DNA of 64,000 nt. Source: Hydrolagus colliei (Eukaryota). The DNA lies in the NCBI GenBank assembly GCA_035084275.1, contig CM068756.1, positions 8,184,001-8,248,000 of the forward strand, in the 5' to 3' direction. The notes beneath the pieces were generated by a model that saw only the letters and a list, made by a program, of their open reading frames with translations, was not told the origin of the DNA and did not search any database. This document shows positions 48,298 to 61,999 of the stretch, one piece after another. Position numbers and translations under genes: made by a program. Within the stretch, counting starts at the first letter, position 1, and each line of letters starts with the position of its first letter.

Positions 48298-50209
48298 AAA
48301 CTATCTGAGCCAATGTTGATATGCCTGGCCGCTGTGAAGGCCAGCAAGCACCTGTGAGGCTGCGTTGGGAGAGAAGGGCTGGCGGGAGACTGCACATGCA
48401 GAAATTTTGGATCCATGGATTTATTTTTCAGGCTCAGTCCAGTTAGGTTCCAATTCTGGATACTTGGGAATCTGGTTAGCCAGTGGTTTACTGTATATTA
48501 AAAATACTCAATATTTAGATTCCTCAGTTGTATAGGGAAAATATCCTGTAAACACATCTGAAAAGGAATAGGAAGTTAATTCGTAAACTAATATCCTTCC
48601 CATTTTGCATAACGTCTCTCACATCAGGGGGACATCCCCAAGTGCTTCACAGGATTTACTGTGACTATGTATTTGCAGGCAAGAAAGGGAGAGCTCACTA
48701 ACAGGTAGTAATGATTTTAAAACTGGGATTATTACTTGGCATGTGATTCAAGAGGCAGGATGTGTGCATCACAGCAAAAGGATATAACCAGCCATCAACT
48801 AACTAGTAATTTTCAATCCATGGGGCACATTGTGGAAATGGCATTAGAGTGTTAATGAGACACACAAATCTCAACTGCATTCAAGTGGTGTATTTCTTTT
48901 CCGTTTAGCAAAGTATCATAACAGCTTCATTGTTTCCATACTTTTCTCGGTGGGTTTTCTATTTTTGTTGGAGGGAGAGACACAGAGAAAAATATATAGA
49001 ATGTCCATTAAGGAAATAATATACAGTACATGGAAAACCTTCAATCTTTCAGTCTGATCATAATTTTTGAAAATTGTAAGCGACAGATATGGATGTTTAA
49101 ACCTGTTCCCAGTGGACTATCAGTAATGTGTCAATATCTTTCATACCAGAGAAGTATGGAGAGGTCAGAAAATCTATTTGGGGTTGAAATGGGGTCATCT
49201 CTAATTTGGCATTTCTCTCCCGAATTTTGACAGGTTACAGAACTCCCCCTTTGGTAGCTGCAGAGTGGAGTTAACACCGGATTTCAGAGTTACCACTTCA
49301 AACCTGGGAACAATATTCACCTCCAAATAAAATTGCATTGCTTTCCCACACAACCAGTGGGGTTGGAGGCTACCTTCAAAAGGATTCATCAACTCAATGG
49401 GCGCCAGTTGCTGGAACTGTTGCTCTGTTACTTCAGCATCTTTTTAAAAAAAAATCTCCGTTTTGAGGTGTTGTTTTACACAGTTAGGAAACAAATCATA
49501 CTTGGAAAAATTGATTAATCACATGCACTAAGTTACAAATATTTACATTTATCGTGGGTCGTAATGAAAAGGGCAGTTGTTGTCATTAGTTCCAACACTG
49601 AAAATGAATGGTATCTGAGGTGGAATTGATTGTGAAGGATGGTCATACTAAATGCGGTTGTTTCTGTGCATGTACCTAAGAAAGCATCAAGAAAAGGACC
49701 AGAGAGACGAGGGTAGTTCCATGAAATAGCTGAGAATCCCATCACACTTGGTGGCTTTTGCATTCAAGTCTATATATTTTTTCTTATTTATTTAGCTTCG
49801 CACTATCTCTGAGGTATAAGTGTGGTTGCTTCTTTCTGGACTGAAACAGAACGTGATTGCTTTGCATTAGTGTTCTCTGCTTCCTCTCCTCAATGCTGCG
49901 AGACCATCCTATGGATGCCAGAAACTCCAATATCTCAACCAAATTGCAGTGGTTTACATTCTAGATATTGTGCTTCAGTAAAATGGGATTGACACATTGA
50001 GCTCATCCTGTCCTCACCCAACAACCAAACAGACCCACTTTCTAACAGGGGAGCAGAGCAGTGAGGAGAGGGGGGATTTATTTTTAGATAAATCATCGCT
50101 ATCATTAGACACATAGGCTTTAATTCTAGTCAGTGTTAAGCATCACCACTTTGAGGATGTCGTACGTTAACAGGATTTCCCTATTATAGCCATCCATGTA
50201 GCAGCAAGT

Positions 50210-51060
50210 GAAATTTCAGCCCTTAATTCTATTATAAAGGGGGTAACTGACCATGTGAAAACACAATCCCAAGTTTCTTTCCTTTAGAAAATATGAATCA
50301 GTCATGGCAAATTGATCTGTAAAGAGTTGAGTGCATTTGACTAGGGCTGGCACAGTCCCGTGCCATAATTTAATATTCCACAAGGCAATACTGGGCAACG
50401 CTTGTATAGAAGGTTGTGTAACCATGCCTGATGTTTCTGTTTCTCGTCCATCAGTGCTGCTACCCAGAGTGTTGGGTTGCCAAAAATCTATGAATGAGAA
50501 TTGGACCTGCCTAGCTGGTGTTTCTACTGGTTGGCTCCAAAGTATTTAAAAATATGAAACAAGTCATGTCATTTGTTGTGGGAAATCATAATTCCCTCGG
50601 TGGCACAATGACATGATGGTGATTTGTAAATGTAATACCTTTTATTTTTTAAAAAAAACAACCAGCTCAAGTTCCATCTAATGGGTGGAGATGGGAAACT
50701 GCTAATTACTTTTTGTGATCTACTGTCGCCAACTGCCATAATAAATAAGTTCACTGAGACTTACCAGAAGCCCGTAATTTAAGTAGGTGTTTGTGTATTA
50801 GGTTGTGGGAAGAAAATCTGTTCACATAATTCTAATAACTAATGCCTTTCTTTTTCACACCTTTAGATGCTATGATGGATACAAATTGTCTGTATTGGAC
50901 AAAAGCCACTTAAATATAAGAGCAAGGCACAAAAGCAAATGGTTTAAGATAGACATTTGCATCATGCATGGCTGCGGGCAAAATGCTTTAACCTTTTCAG
51001 AACATCAAGGATATCTGGCACTGTTTCAAAATTATATTTTATCAAAGTGATTTTATGGCA
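50210..51060. promoter_or_regulatory. Candidate conserved non-coding element cluster
   Basis: Repeat-free and AT-rich, with posterior-HOX/CDX-like ccataatt/ttttatgg and taat motifs. Inference. Confidence 0.35.
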
Positions 51061-51614
51061 ATAGCTGTTAAGTGATTAAAAGGAAAGTTTATGTGTTTGA
51101 AATACTGTAACTGGAATTTTCTTTACTAACAGTTCTGTTTCACACAGATCTAGATTGGCAATGAAGCTACAGTGATTTTTTTTCTTATTTTGTTGCCTTT
51201 TATTCAGGACATTACTGTAGTTCACACCAAACTTTTTGTGATTTCCTCCTTACACCCAAAACACAAGGTTAAACATCTCCAATTCAAATAACCTGCTAAC
51301 ACTCACTGGGAAGCCTCACACATAAATAACTAACATGGGGTGATATACCAGAGGGCATCTGGCACTATAGAACCATAGCCCAAGGCCAGTGGAGGAAAAA
51401 AGGTCTGCAGAAGAAGAAGAGAAAATTGGCTAGAAAGAAAAGTGGAGGCGGTTTGAGTCTGTATTGGCTAACTAACTTACCAAAGAATGAATTTACCCAC
51501 TGGGCCATAAGGAAAATTCATCCTCATGGCATTTATTTTCAACAATTTTTTTAAAAAGCGCAATTTAAAAAAAAAAGAAACTTCTTTACAACAACATGAC
51601 ACACGTTCTTTACA

Positions 51615-51690
51615 ACAACCGGCATAGAGATGATGGGCCAAATGGCCTCTTTTTGTGCTGTATAATTCTATGATATAAGATTCTATCGTT
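51615..51690 (+). mobile_element. CR1 LINE extreme 3' tail
   Basis: ggcatagagatgatgggccaaatggcctctttttgtgctgtataattctatgat..attctat is the typical CR1 3' UTR with an (ATTCTATG)-like repeat. Confidence 0.75.
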
Positions 51691-54600
51691 CACTGAGCAT
51701 GAATGCACGGTTACCTTTTAAAAAAAACAGTGCAATGAAATGCATATCGTTTACTGACACACACCGATTGGCAAAAAAGAAACTTTTGCACTGTGCGTTT
51801 TGTTAGTGAAACATTAAGCAACCCACACATTAGTTTGGCCTGCAGAATCTCCCGGGCGAAAATCAAGCAAACAGATACAAAGCATTATCTCTACCATAAG
51901 ATCTGCAGTTTTCAAACAAAATTAGTAATACTTCAGATTCAGTAGGACAAGAAATACTAATTACCATTTATGTTTTGACTATAATAGCCAACATAGTTAA
52001 TAAGAGTACTACAGTGTGTCAAGGGATTTCTGATCTTATCATTTCAGTCCACAGACTGTAATTTTTTTGTGTACATATCGCATTTCCTGTAAAGCCCCAA
52101 AATACATAATTGAGATAGGGCTCCTTATTATTATAACCGAAGAGGAGAAAAATATTTTTTTATGATTCGCATGTCGAGGCTGCTTTTAACGTGAGATTAG
52201 CATGGCAACATTGCAGGTTTTTTATTATCTTTGGGCTGTTCTTGTAAATATCTGTCTGCCTGTAGCATTAGAATGAAAGCAGACAGGATGGAGCCCGTTT
52301 GAAAAAAGCACATGATAATTAGAGGGAATGCTACAACTTCATTTCCGTAAAGAACCAGAAGACTCCGTGTTTAGACAGACCTATAAGTCCCCTTGTGACC
52401 TTACTCTGATATTTAACAAAACATTAATCTTCTTGCCACCAATTATAAAGAATACAGTGATGTAGCTCTTGCTCAGCTAGTGAGTAATAGTAATTCTATT
52501 GTTCTCAGTTATTTATGCCCTGGCTGTGCCAGGCAGATGAGGTAAGTTGAGGCATATAAATGTTATTATTCAAAACCAGCAATACATAAAGGCTGATTAC
52601 ACAAGTGTCTGCTTCTTAGCTACATTGGTCTACACCTCCACACACAATTCAATGCTGTAGCATTTCAACGTTTTATAGATACAAAATCCCCCCCGCTGCT
52701 ATTCTCCAACTGAATTACTGCTCTGCAGTCTTAAAATCTGCTGACAGCACTTGCCCTGAAAATAAACGCATAGGTGTTCTTCCCCTCCTGTTCCTAAATC
52801 ACGGCATCGCGGATTGAAATTACTGAATGCCGTTTGCATGCCGTGCAACTTTTCTTCATAAATACGCATTTTTTTTAAAGTACGTGTGTACGTGCATGAG
52901 ATCCTGGTGCCTTATTCCACCTAATTGGAGCTTCGATCAAATTATCAATAGTTGTCATTAGCAGAGGAAAAGCAAAGTTTCAATCGCTTGGAAGAAACAA
53001 AGGTCCACAAAGAAGATGCGCTCAGAATATTCATGAACATCTTAATGGATCCAGTTTAGCGCTGTAAATCATTTTGTGCACAAATAACTTCACAATGCTA
53101 AGTCATCATTTCAGAGGTCACTAATAGTGACTGCTTTTATATGAAGGACACCTTTATAGGCTGCAATAAATGCAACGTTGTCCCCTATATTTTTTATAGT
53201 AGTATTATGACCCCAGTGTGAACTGGCCACGCATGATCAGTTAAGCTCCATATAATGACAGATGCTTATCCTAACACAAAATATTGGACAAAAGTTATGA
53301 TGAATCTGTAAAATGAGCTTACTTCATACTCAGTAAGCAAACGCTGACAAATTTTCAATGCATGACATTCATTAGATTTAATTATCAGCCAGTGGAGGTC
53401 AAATTATCTTTTTTACAAGTCTTTTGCCTGCTTATATTTTCTTGTGCTATTACAGACAAGAATTGTGTAGGGTTTGGACGTGTCGTACAGATCCTTTGTA
53501 AAAGCAATCTCGTTTCATTTTATAAAGATTTAAACTTCAACATTGTACAATACACAGCTTTTACTTTTCCAACAGCTTTAAATGGCATAGTATCAATACT
53601 GTATTCATACTGACAGGTGCTGCATACAAGAGGGCATATAAGTGACTTGCATTGGCTTCACCAATATGCTTTGTGCAGGATCATATACTGCTGTCACCTT
53701 CACATTCCACAGCTCATCTGTTGACATGTACAAAGAGGAAAGCAGATGGAGCGGAATGCGATTACTAGTAAAGGATAGACAATTTCACGTGACTGAAGAA
53801 ATCAGCCTCGATTGGTCTCAGTTTGATGTGTTACAGAAGGTGTTGCTCAGGTTCAGGCACATTATTGCAATTTTGACCTTTATTTTGATCATTCAGTGAA
53901 TGTCAAAGATAAGATAGATTAGATATTGACTTGGATTGTGAAGTGCAGCAACACGTTCCTAGTTAAGAATTGGTTCAGCAAACCTTGTCACATCTATAAT
54001 TACAGTAATACTTGAGCACCTCGGATTTCTTTCATGCTTTATTACTAGACATGGGGCCAAAGGTAAATGATCAAAAAACCAATCTAACTACCCAACAAAT
54101 ATGTTTCTTTTAATTGAACGCTGACCGATATTTCCGAAGAAAAGGTACCTTCTTTTAACTTGCCCCAAGGCAACCTTTTATACATAAAAAAGGTAACAAT
54201 GATGGAAACTTGCACGTTGTTAGGACATCTGTTTGTTTATGGTAACTGGATGAGGAAGAATCTCAAGTCAGATTATTAATGTGTCAGAAGATTTTCATCA
54301 CTCATCCAAGTAATCTATTCAATGGCGTTTAAACAGTAAGCTGTCAGGCCTGGCTCATCCCTTTGATGTAGTATTGGGCAAACAACTAGCAGTGATGAAC
54401 CCTGATCATTTTCACCAAGAATGACCTTCCCGGCCTCCGAAGATGAAAAGAAGTATCACTGCTGTTCTCGCTCTCTCTCTCTCTCCCTCTCCTTTTATAG
54501 TCATTCACACAAAAAATCAACACTTTGATATGCTAATCAAGCCAACTTCATAAAATGTAACCTCAGAGAATTGTCTTGCAAAGAGTTGGCTATCTTCAGC

Positions 54601-56679
54601 AAACTCAATAAAAAGAACAATTGACTCTAGAATATTGTATGAGTTCACAAAGCATTGTGAACTAATCTATACAACACCAATACTTAATGGGCCCAAACCA
54701 TTAGCATCGTTATCTGTTGAGAATGCAATGGGAGATTTCTCAGATATGCAGGACTATTGTTCTCTTCAATGAGGGTAAGAATGGATTTTACAGATGATCT
54801 TTTATGCCCAGATCTGTGTTATTCATTAAGTACTTAGTAAATCTTCCTTTTAAATACAGGAGGTGCACCTACTGGGGCCCACACTGGAACTAGGAGATAC
54901 AATAATGGCACTTTTGACCTCACTGCATTTATGAAGCTTTCAACTCCTGTCCCAATCTGCTACTTTATATCAGAAACCCATGCTATAAAGTGTAACTAGC
55001 ATGTAGAACACACTGCTGTGGAGGTCTGACAGTTGCATTCATGAAACCATTCCCTCTTTGCAGGCGTAATCAATCTCCTGTTGTTATCAGCAGGGGAGTG
55101 AATCTTCTTTGCTTTATTGCTTAAAAGTAGTTTTGAACAAATTCCATTTTAACAGCAGCACTCACATGATTAAAAGAGCAAGACGCAGAGCCAAGAACGA
55201 TCTCATCTGAATATAGCCTGGAGTTTTTTGTTTATGTTTTCTCTACATCTTTAACAAAGTTCATTTATATGTTAATATTTGCCAGCACCCCTCACTAACC
55301 AGCCATAATTGTTTCATGGGAAGCTGACAAATTTTGTCAGCTAGTCTATGCTTCCACATTTCAATGCTGGCAATAATCTTGATTAGCAAAACAATGGGGG
55401 CCAGAGGGTCCTGCTGTTCCTAAGACCCCGCTCTCAGGTTACAGTTTGCTAATGTGGTGGATCGTCAATGCTGAGGCTTGAAAAAATTCTCAAAAGGAGC
55501 AGAATTTAGGCAAATGAAGGAACCCATTTTTCACACACAAAGGGGTTAATTCAATTGAATATGTCTCCAATGACTTATAATAATCATTTACTTAACAAAC
55601 ACATTGTGCACAATTCAATGGGACCTGGTGATTTCTAAAAGTAAAGTTATAAAGGAATATCTGTTTATTCAAGCTGTGTGGGAAATATAGGCACAGCAGT
55701 AATTACAGAATGTAGTATCAATGCTTGTTTAGCAAACTACTGTGAACTCTTGCAAACATTTCAGAGAAGCTCACTGGAAATCAAATTCAAGGACTTTTAC
55801 TTACAGGTTCGATATTTAATGTTATCGCCATGGATTAGCTTTAAAGCGTCCAAATGAACAATAAGGCAGATTTGGGGATAGGAAGTGAAATGGAGAACAA
55901 AGTAATAAGGCATCAGCGTCACAAAAGAACGGTTGTGAAGGCAACAAAAGGTAAGAAAAATGGAGGAATAACTCATCCAAAAAATAGCTGGAAAAGGCGC
56001 ATATGTAAAGCGAGGAAATGGCTTGAGCGTTTGACAGAATAAAGTACTATTTTCCCGCACAAGGAAAGCAAAATGAAAGAAAGATATAGCCAACAACATA
56101 AATATAACACAGTAATTAAATACAAAGCACAGGGCTTCAGTTTTACATGGATTCGAAATGAACCCAACCAGGCTCAACGCTTAGATAAATCAGGATTCAA
56201 AGCTCCGAAAAGCTAACTGGCTGGTTTTGTTCCAATTCATTCATTCAGTTGAGCATTGTGAAGAATGTTTAGTTATATATTAAAATCCAAGGTACAACCA
56301 GTTCTAAACAAATCCAACAAAAAATTCCATTACTTTTCAGGAGAGCAAAGGGCCAAAGGTCTTCCTTCTACTTTTGTAGTTGGGAAAGTCAGCATTTTAA
56401 TGCATTAATATTATAATTTCAGTTAATTGTTATCTCTTAGCAGATAAGAGATGCATGTTTTCTGAGAAACAGTAGCAGAGGACTATATCAGAGCAAACAA
56501 AATGTTCTCCAGGAAGAAATTGAACTTCACTGACTACATTTTCAGGAAAAGCAAATAATTTTAGGCAAACAATGAAGTACTTTTCCTTCGTTTGAAAACT
56601 TGCTTAACAAAGAGGAGATTAAAAACATTAACACTTCATAATACTCAGACTGTGTGGAATTCATGTCAATGCAGAATCT

Positions 56680-56680
<1 letters not shown>

Positions 56681-56719
<39 letters not shown>

Positions 56720-56731
56720 AGAGAGAGAGAG
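56681..56731 (+). repeat. (GA)n microsatellite
   Basis: Direct reading. Confidence 0.95.
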
Positions 56732-58624
56732 CCATGTTGTGTCAGTCTTTTTGCTATCACTACAACGGGCTGTTGGGAATATATTGAAATCCCTGTATAA
56801 TAGGTTTGACCTTAAACATGTCAATCCATGCCAAAGCATTGTTAATTTTAACTTTGTCAGAAATTTTCACAATCGGCTCACATATTGCTTCATTAATACA
56901 CATTCTTTGAGGTGAGTCACAACCCAATCAATTGAGAATGAAAGGAAGAAAGATTAATTTAGCGCAAACATGTGCAGTGACATAATTATACGTGTTGTTT
57001 ATGAACCTCTGGAGCCATGTCAAAAAGCAGCACCCCCAACTGTGATATAAAGGCTTAATCCAAATCTACAAAAAATCTGTTCCAACTTTTAGTAAAAACA
57101 CGGAAGTTATCTCACTTCAGGGCAACATAAAAACTGTAAATGTATAATGAGGTATGATATTATTACACAAACATTTACAGTCAGTGATTCATTAACCATA
57201 AAAATAGTTCTAAATTAGAACATTTAATATACTCTGAGGTGAAAGATTGTGCATTTTTTTGTCAGCAACTACGAAAGTTTGTCTGAGTATTTTCTGGTGC
57301 TGCTTGAATCCAATTGAGTATATGATATGACTAATCTCTTTTCCTAATGCATTTTGCTTCTGATTTTAATTTGTATTCGTTTTGGATTTCTAGCACTATA
57401 AACCGATAAACTTGGACTGAATTCACTTACTTAACCCACATATCTGAGTTTAGTTGAGTGGCAGGCAAGTAATGGCATCCTTTGCTCTAGTACAATTGCC
57501 ATTTAACCTTTCAGAGAGCGCGACTACTTATCTTCCCAAATAGCACATTTATTAATTTTACATATTGAGATTATTCTGAGGTTACACAGAAACCATATCT
57601 GATTCCCTCAAAATAAACAATTAACTTTACAAGATACTGTGAAGTGCTTTGAGACGTCTTGAAGACGTGATAATGCACTATATCAAGTGCGAGCATTATT
57701 TCTCTCTTTCCTGAACCATAATTTCATTTAAGAGATTTACAAGACATGTTCTAATCATTACAGGAAGTCAGTCAGTTTACAGAAGCTACAAAGGAGCAAG
57801 CGATGGGTTAATTCCGAATAGCTCTGCCGTTAAAATACAGAACTTTTTTTGTTGTAGCTGTACCGACTCAGTGTTGAACTCCTTCAGAATGTGGTATAAA
57901 TTAAACGTGATGCATCCATAGATCTTTTATATGTTAAAAAAACGCCCACCAGTATTTCAAAGAGAATGACAATCTTTATTATTGAGATTTGCTAAATATT
58001 GCTTTGTAAAGATTTTTTATCAAGGGGCCAATTGCAGGTGCAGATTGAGCCTTCATACTTATAGAATATAGAAACCTATCATTAATCATTGTTCATTAGC
58101 ATATTTGAAGCCTTTCTGAGCCCTGACAGACTGTATTGCTCTCCCAGCCTATTAAAGAAGCCACTGACAAGACCTTTGTGGAATTTCTTTTGTGTTGTGG
58201 ATTTTCATAATTAATCAATATAAAAGGAAGAGGAACGATTATCTAGGAAAGATACATTACCAGCTAATTAAAAGGCTTGTTCACCTTTAACATGCAGGAA
58301 TCATTATACCTTCCAACATCATGCTGCAATGCATTACTACAGTTATCTGTGGCTGCACATGACTCATTGTGACCTGAGTCACACGACTATGTTTTGCAGA
58401 ATAGTTTTTATTTTCCCTAGCCTTTGTTTCCTTGTTTTCACATGAAATGTCGTGAGAATTGGATGAGAAGAAAATCAATTTGTGCCAAACAGATATAGTT
58501 CTAATCTCTGCTTTATTGTGCACTTTCTGAGAAAAGAAATTCTAGAAGTGTGCAACAGATATTACCGCGGGTTGACTCTGTCAGAACTACAAAGTACATA
58601 TACCTACAAGTGTGTTCCATGGGT

Positions 58625-58940
58625 GTCAGGACATGAAGTCTAGACTGACACTTGAGTGCAGCAATGGGGGAAGCACACTATATTGTCAGGGATCCTGTGT
58701 TTTGGATGAGACTTTAAAACCAAACACCTAAATACTTTTGTATGGAAGACATGAAAAATCCCATGCTATTATTTGAAGAAAGCCTGGAGTTTCTCTCTGT
58801 CTCCTGGTCAACAATCCAGATTAATTGGTTATTCACCCCATGACTGTGTGTTTGTGTAAAACGAATTACTAAACTTTGACAATAATCACTGGTGATGTGC
58901 CTTCAACATGATAATGTTCTATAAAAAGCAAGTGTTTTTT
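58625..58940 (+). mobile_element. Old DeuSINE copy, highly decayed
   Basis: ttttggatgagactttaaaacc..aaaaatcccatgctattatttgaagaa..tcctggtcaacaat..ctataaaaagcaagt. Confidence 0.65.
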
Positions 58941-59164
58941 TATTTAAAGGATTAGAGTAAAGCTGTACAGATGTTTCAGATCAGGAGAGAATCAGCACTG
59001 GTTGCAATTTTCACTCTCACTACCGTACGTTCACATACAGTGCGCAAAACGACCACACTGTTGAGATGCCAGGAAGTTGCTATCAACCACAAATCTGTTT
59101 GTACTCCAAAACATGGATCACTGAACTTTCAAGCGAGAAGGAAAGAAAAGTGTATGGAATAAGT

Positions 59165-59470
59165 AACAACAACAAAACAAAACTAGATTTGTTGAGAGGA
59201 CTTTCAAGTTGAGAGGACATCTCAAGTCGCCTGACAATCAGTGTTTGGGAGCTGAGATAGGTCTTGAAGGAGGTAGAGGAGGGGGTGAGGTGGAGGGACT
59301 ATGGGCTGACGTTCCAGAAAGTGGCAGCAGAGTGCTTCTGGTCCCCCATCTCGCCCGCCCCACGATGGCATGGGGCAGGCGAGACGGGGAACCAGAAGCA
59401 CTCTAGAGCCCACTGAGTGGAGGGAGCAGGCAGGTCAGTAGGGGGTTAGAGGTCGCAGAGATAGGGGAAG
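59165..59470 (-). mobile_element. L2 LINE 3' fragment containing a 76-bp hairpin
   Basis: (CAA)n tail; aligns to the reverse complement of the L2 copy at 63065-63422. Confidence 0.85.
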
Positions 59471-59679
59471 AACTAATTTTCAAGTGTACTTCAAACAACT
59501 GAAAATCTTACTTAAAAAACTCACTTAAAAAAAAGTGAGAACTTTGATGAAAGTGGGGTCCATTAAAAAAAGAGCAATTAGTTGTCAAAACTCCAGATCA
59601 AGGAAAAGCATTTAAATGTATGCTGCCCGAACATCAGCCCTTTAGGCAGGATACTTCCCATCAGACAGCATTAACAACA

Positions 59680-59790
59680 ATAATTATTATAGTAATCCTT
59701 GCATTTGATATAGCGCTTATCACGTCTTCTGGATGTCTCACAACTCTTCACAGAATATACTGGAAAATGAATTGACTGTACATATGTGAG
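59680..59790 (-). mobile_element. Young SINE 3' fragment (similar short tails at 57635-57700 +, 60028-60072 +, 60500-60572 -, 62650-62706 -)
   Basis: aatccttgcatttgatatagcgcttatcacgtcttc...gaattgactgta. Confidence 0.85.
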
Positions 59791-60599
59791 TATTGTGTTA
59801 TATGTGTATTAAATTTTAGTAAACTTGCTCAAGTCCCCTTGTTAATGGCGCATGAACCCCGACATGAAAGGCACTCTATAAATGTAATTTTGTATTTTGT
59901 TGTTGTTGCCGTCTACTTAGTTCATAAAGGTAAGGCAACAGAAAACTCATGTCTAACCTTCAAGACTCATTTAATGTAGAGGAACTGAAATTAAGCTAAG
60001 TTTACTTTTCATATTGAATGTTTTATTGATAAAAGGCACTATCTCAAATGCAAGTAGTATTATTATTATTATAAGCATTACTATATTCAGTGTCAAAGAC
60101 AAACATACTGCACTGCGACGAATGCAGTCTGATTCAGTAGTGTTTGTGAACGTATTAACAGGTTTGTGGATATTCACTACATTCTGATGCAAGTACTGTT
60201 GCACAACACATTCAGAAAATATTCATGCAATACAAAGCTATATATTATGTCTAAAGGCACACTTTTTAATTGCTGTTGGAATTTTGGTAACCGAATGCAA
60301 GTAAGTAGAAATGTTTGTCTACACAACCTGTTAATACTGCAGTTAAGCATGATGGGAAGTTAAAAACAACTTGCACTCACATTCGTATCGGTGAAAGCCG
60401 CAAACCGTTTAACTGTGGGAGCTGTAGGAGCTGATGGATACTGAGCAAAAAAAGTGGGACTAATTCAAAAGTGACCAAACGCACAGTCAAAGATACAAAA
60501 ATAATAATCCTTGCATTTGATATTTCACTTTATCACGTCTTCAAGACGTCTTAAAGCACTTAACAGAATATTTTGGGAACTGAGGACATTTTTGACAAC

Positions 60600-61112
60600 A
60601 GGCAGAGCCATCCTTCCTTGGACACCTCATAAAAGAAAATATATTTCACTGATCGAGAAGATTCACAAGGATGATACCAGAGAAAATTATACAAAAAGAC
60701 TTAAGACACTGGGACAATTCTCACTGGGACTGAAAAGGTTAAGAGAAGATTCTAATAATTCTGTAATACTAAGAATATGAATGGTTTTGGTAGAATAAAA
60801 TAAAGAGAGAGCGACCATTTCCACTTCTCCATGAGTCAGGAACAGAAGGAAAATAAACTGTGGATAAACACCAGGAGGAAAAAGGGGGAAGTATAAAAAA
60901 ACTACACAATAGGTTGCAAGAATGTGGAATGCCTTATCACGGATTGCTGTTTCAGCAAAGCCTATAACAGTGTTCAGAAGGGAACTGGATAAATACTTGA
61001 GGGAAAATAATATTAAAAGGACACATGGGAAAAGGAATTAGAGCAGATAGCTCAGTGGGGGGACATGATATGGGCCTAATGGCTTCCTCTGTGCTGTAAA
61101 ACTTTCCATGAA
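60600..61112 (+). mobile_element. CR1-clade LINE 3' end (decayed ORF2 C-terminus and 3' UTR)
   Basis: Translates in part to W.P...Y..RLK.LG.FSL...RLR.D; gaatgtggaatgcctta; gggaactggataaatacttg; tail atgggcctaatggcttcctctgtgctgtaa. Confidence 0.8.
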
Positions 61113-61999
61113 TGAATAGGATCTTGGTGCAAGGAAGATGTTTTATAATCTGACCTTCTTCATTCCAGTGCTCTTCACACAGTGAAACGATTGCCTCAGT
61201 AGTACCTCAAAACAGGGGGAGGGAGATCCTCACAAACTGAGTGAAACATCTGCAGATTTGCTCAAATCAAAGCCTGCCTTGGCTAATGTATCCACATAGT
61301 ATGTTTAGTAAACAGTTGGCGGCAGCTCTGACAGCAGGTCTACAGATGCTGTTTACAGTAACCTTTATGAGACTAGCCCACAAGCTAGAATCAGATCTTG
61401 TAGAATTTTCTTAGTTACCACTGAAGGCTACTTATTTGCTGTGAAATAACAGAGTGGGATATGTTCCACTAACTGCTTTGCCAGACTTCGTCCAGAGACG
61501 CAGGACTCAAAATATGTCCCCCCTCAGGACACTGAGCCTTTTGTGAAAATTCTTTGTTTCGTCAATTTAACAGGTCAGAGCTCTCTTACCATTCTTATGT
61601 TGCTGCTCGGATTTATTTGGCAGGAGGATAAAATGAAAGAACAACAATATCCTACTACAGAGGATGTGACGTGGCATCTCAGGAGAAGCTGGAGAGCCAT
61701 TTGTTCCTGGATCATGCACCTCAAGGCTTATACGCGAGACCAGGCTGTGTGCAAAATGGCTATTGAGTTTGTCGACTAAAATCAAGGATTCACTGGAAAG
61801 TGTCTTGTTTCGACTTGATAAGGAACTGTAAAATTGCAAGTTCTTTCTTATTTATCAATGAATACATTGAGCCGCCACAGCAGATGCTCCATAGGCTGCA
61901 AGATGTTTCAATACAATCTCCGCTGACTCAGATATCATCAACCTCAAAGTGTGACAAAGCCACGGCATTCTTGTTGTTAATTTGAAAGTAACTCCTGTA

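Noticed and set aside
51582-51619. Direct repeat ttctttacaacaac x2
   Set aside because: A small local duplication at the 5' junction of a CR1 tail, with no further structure.
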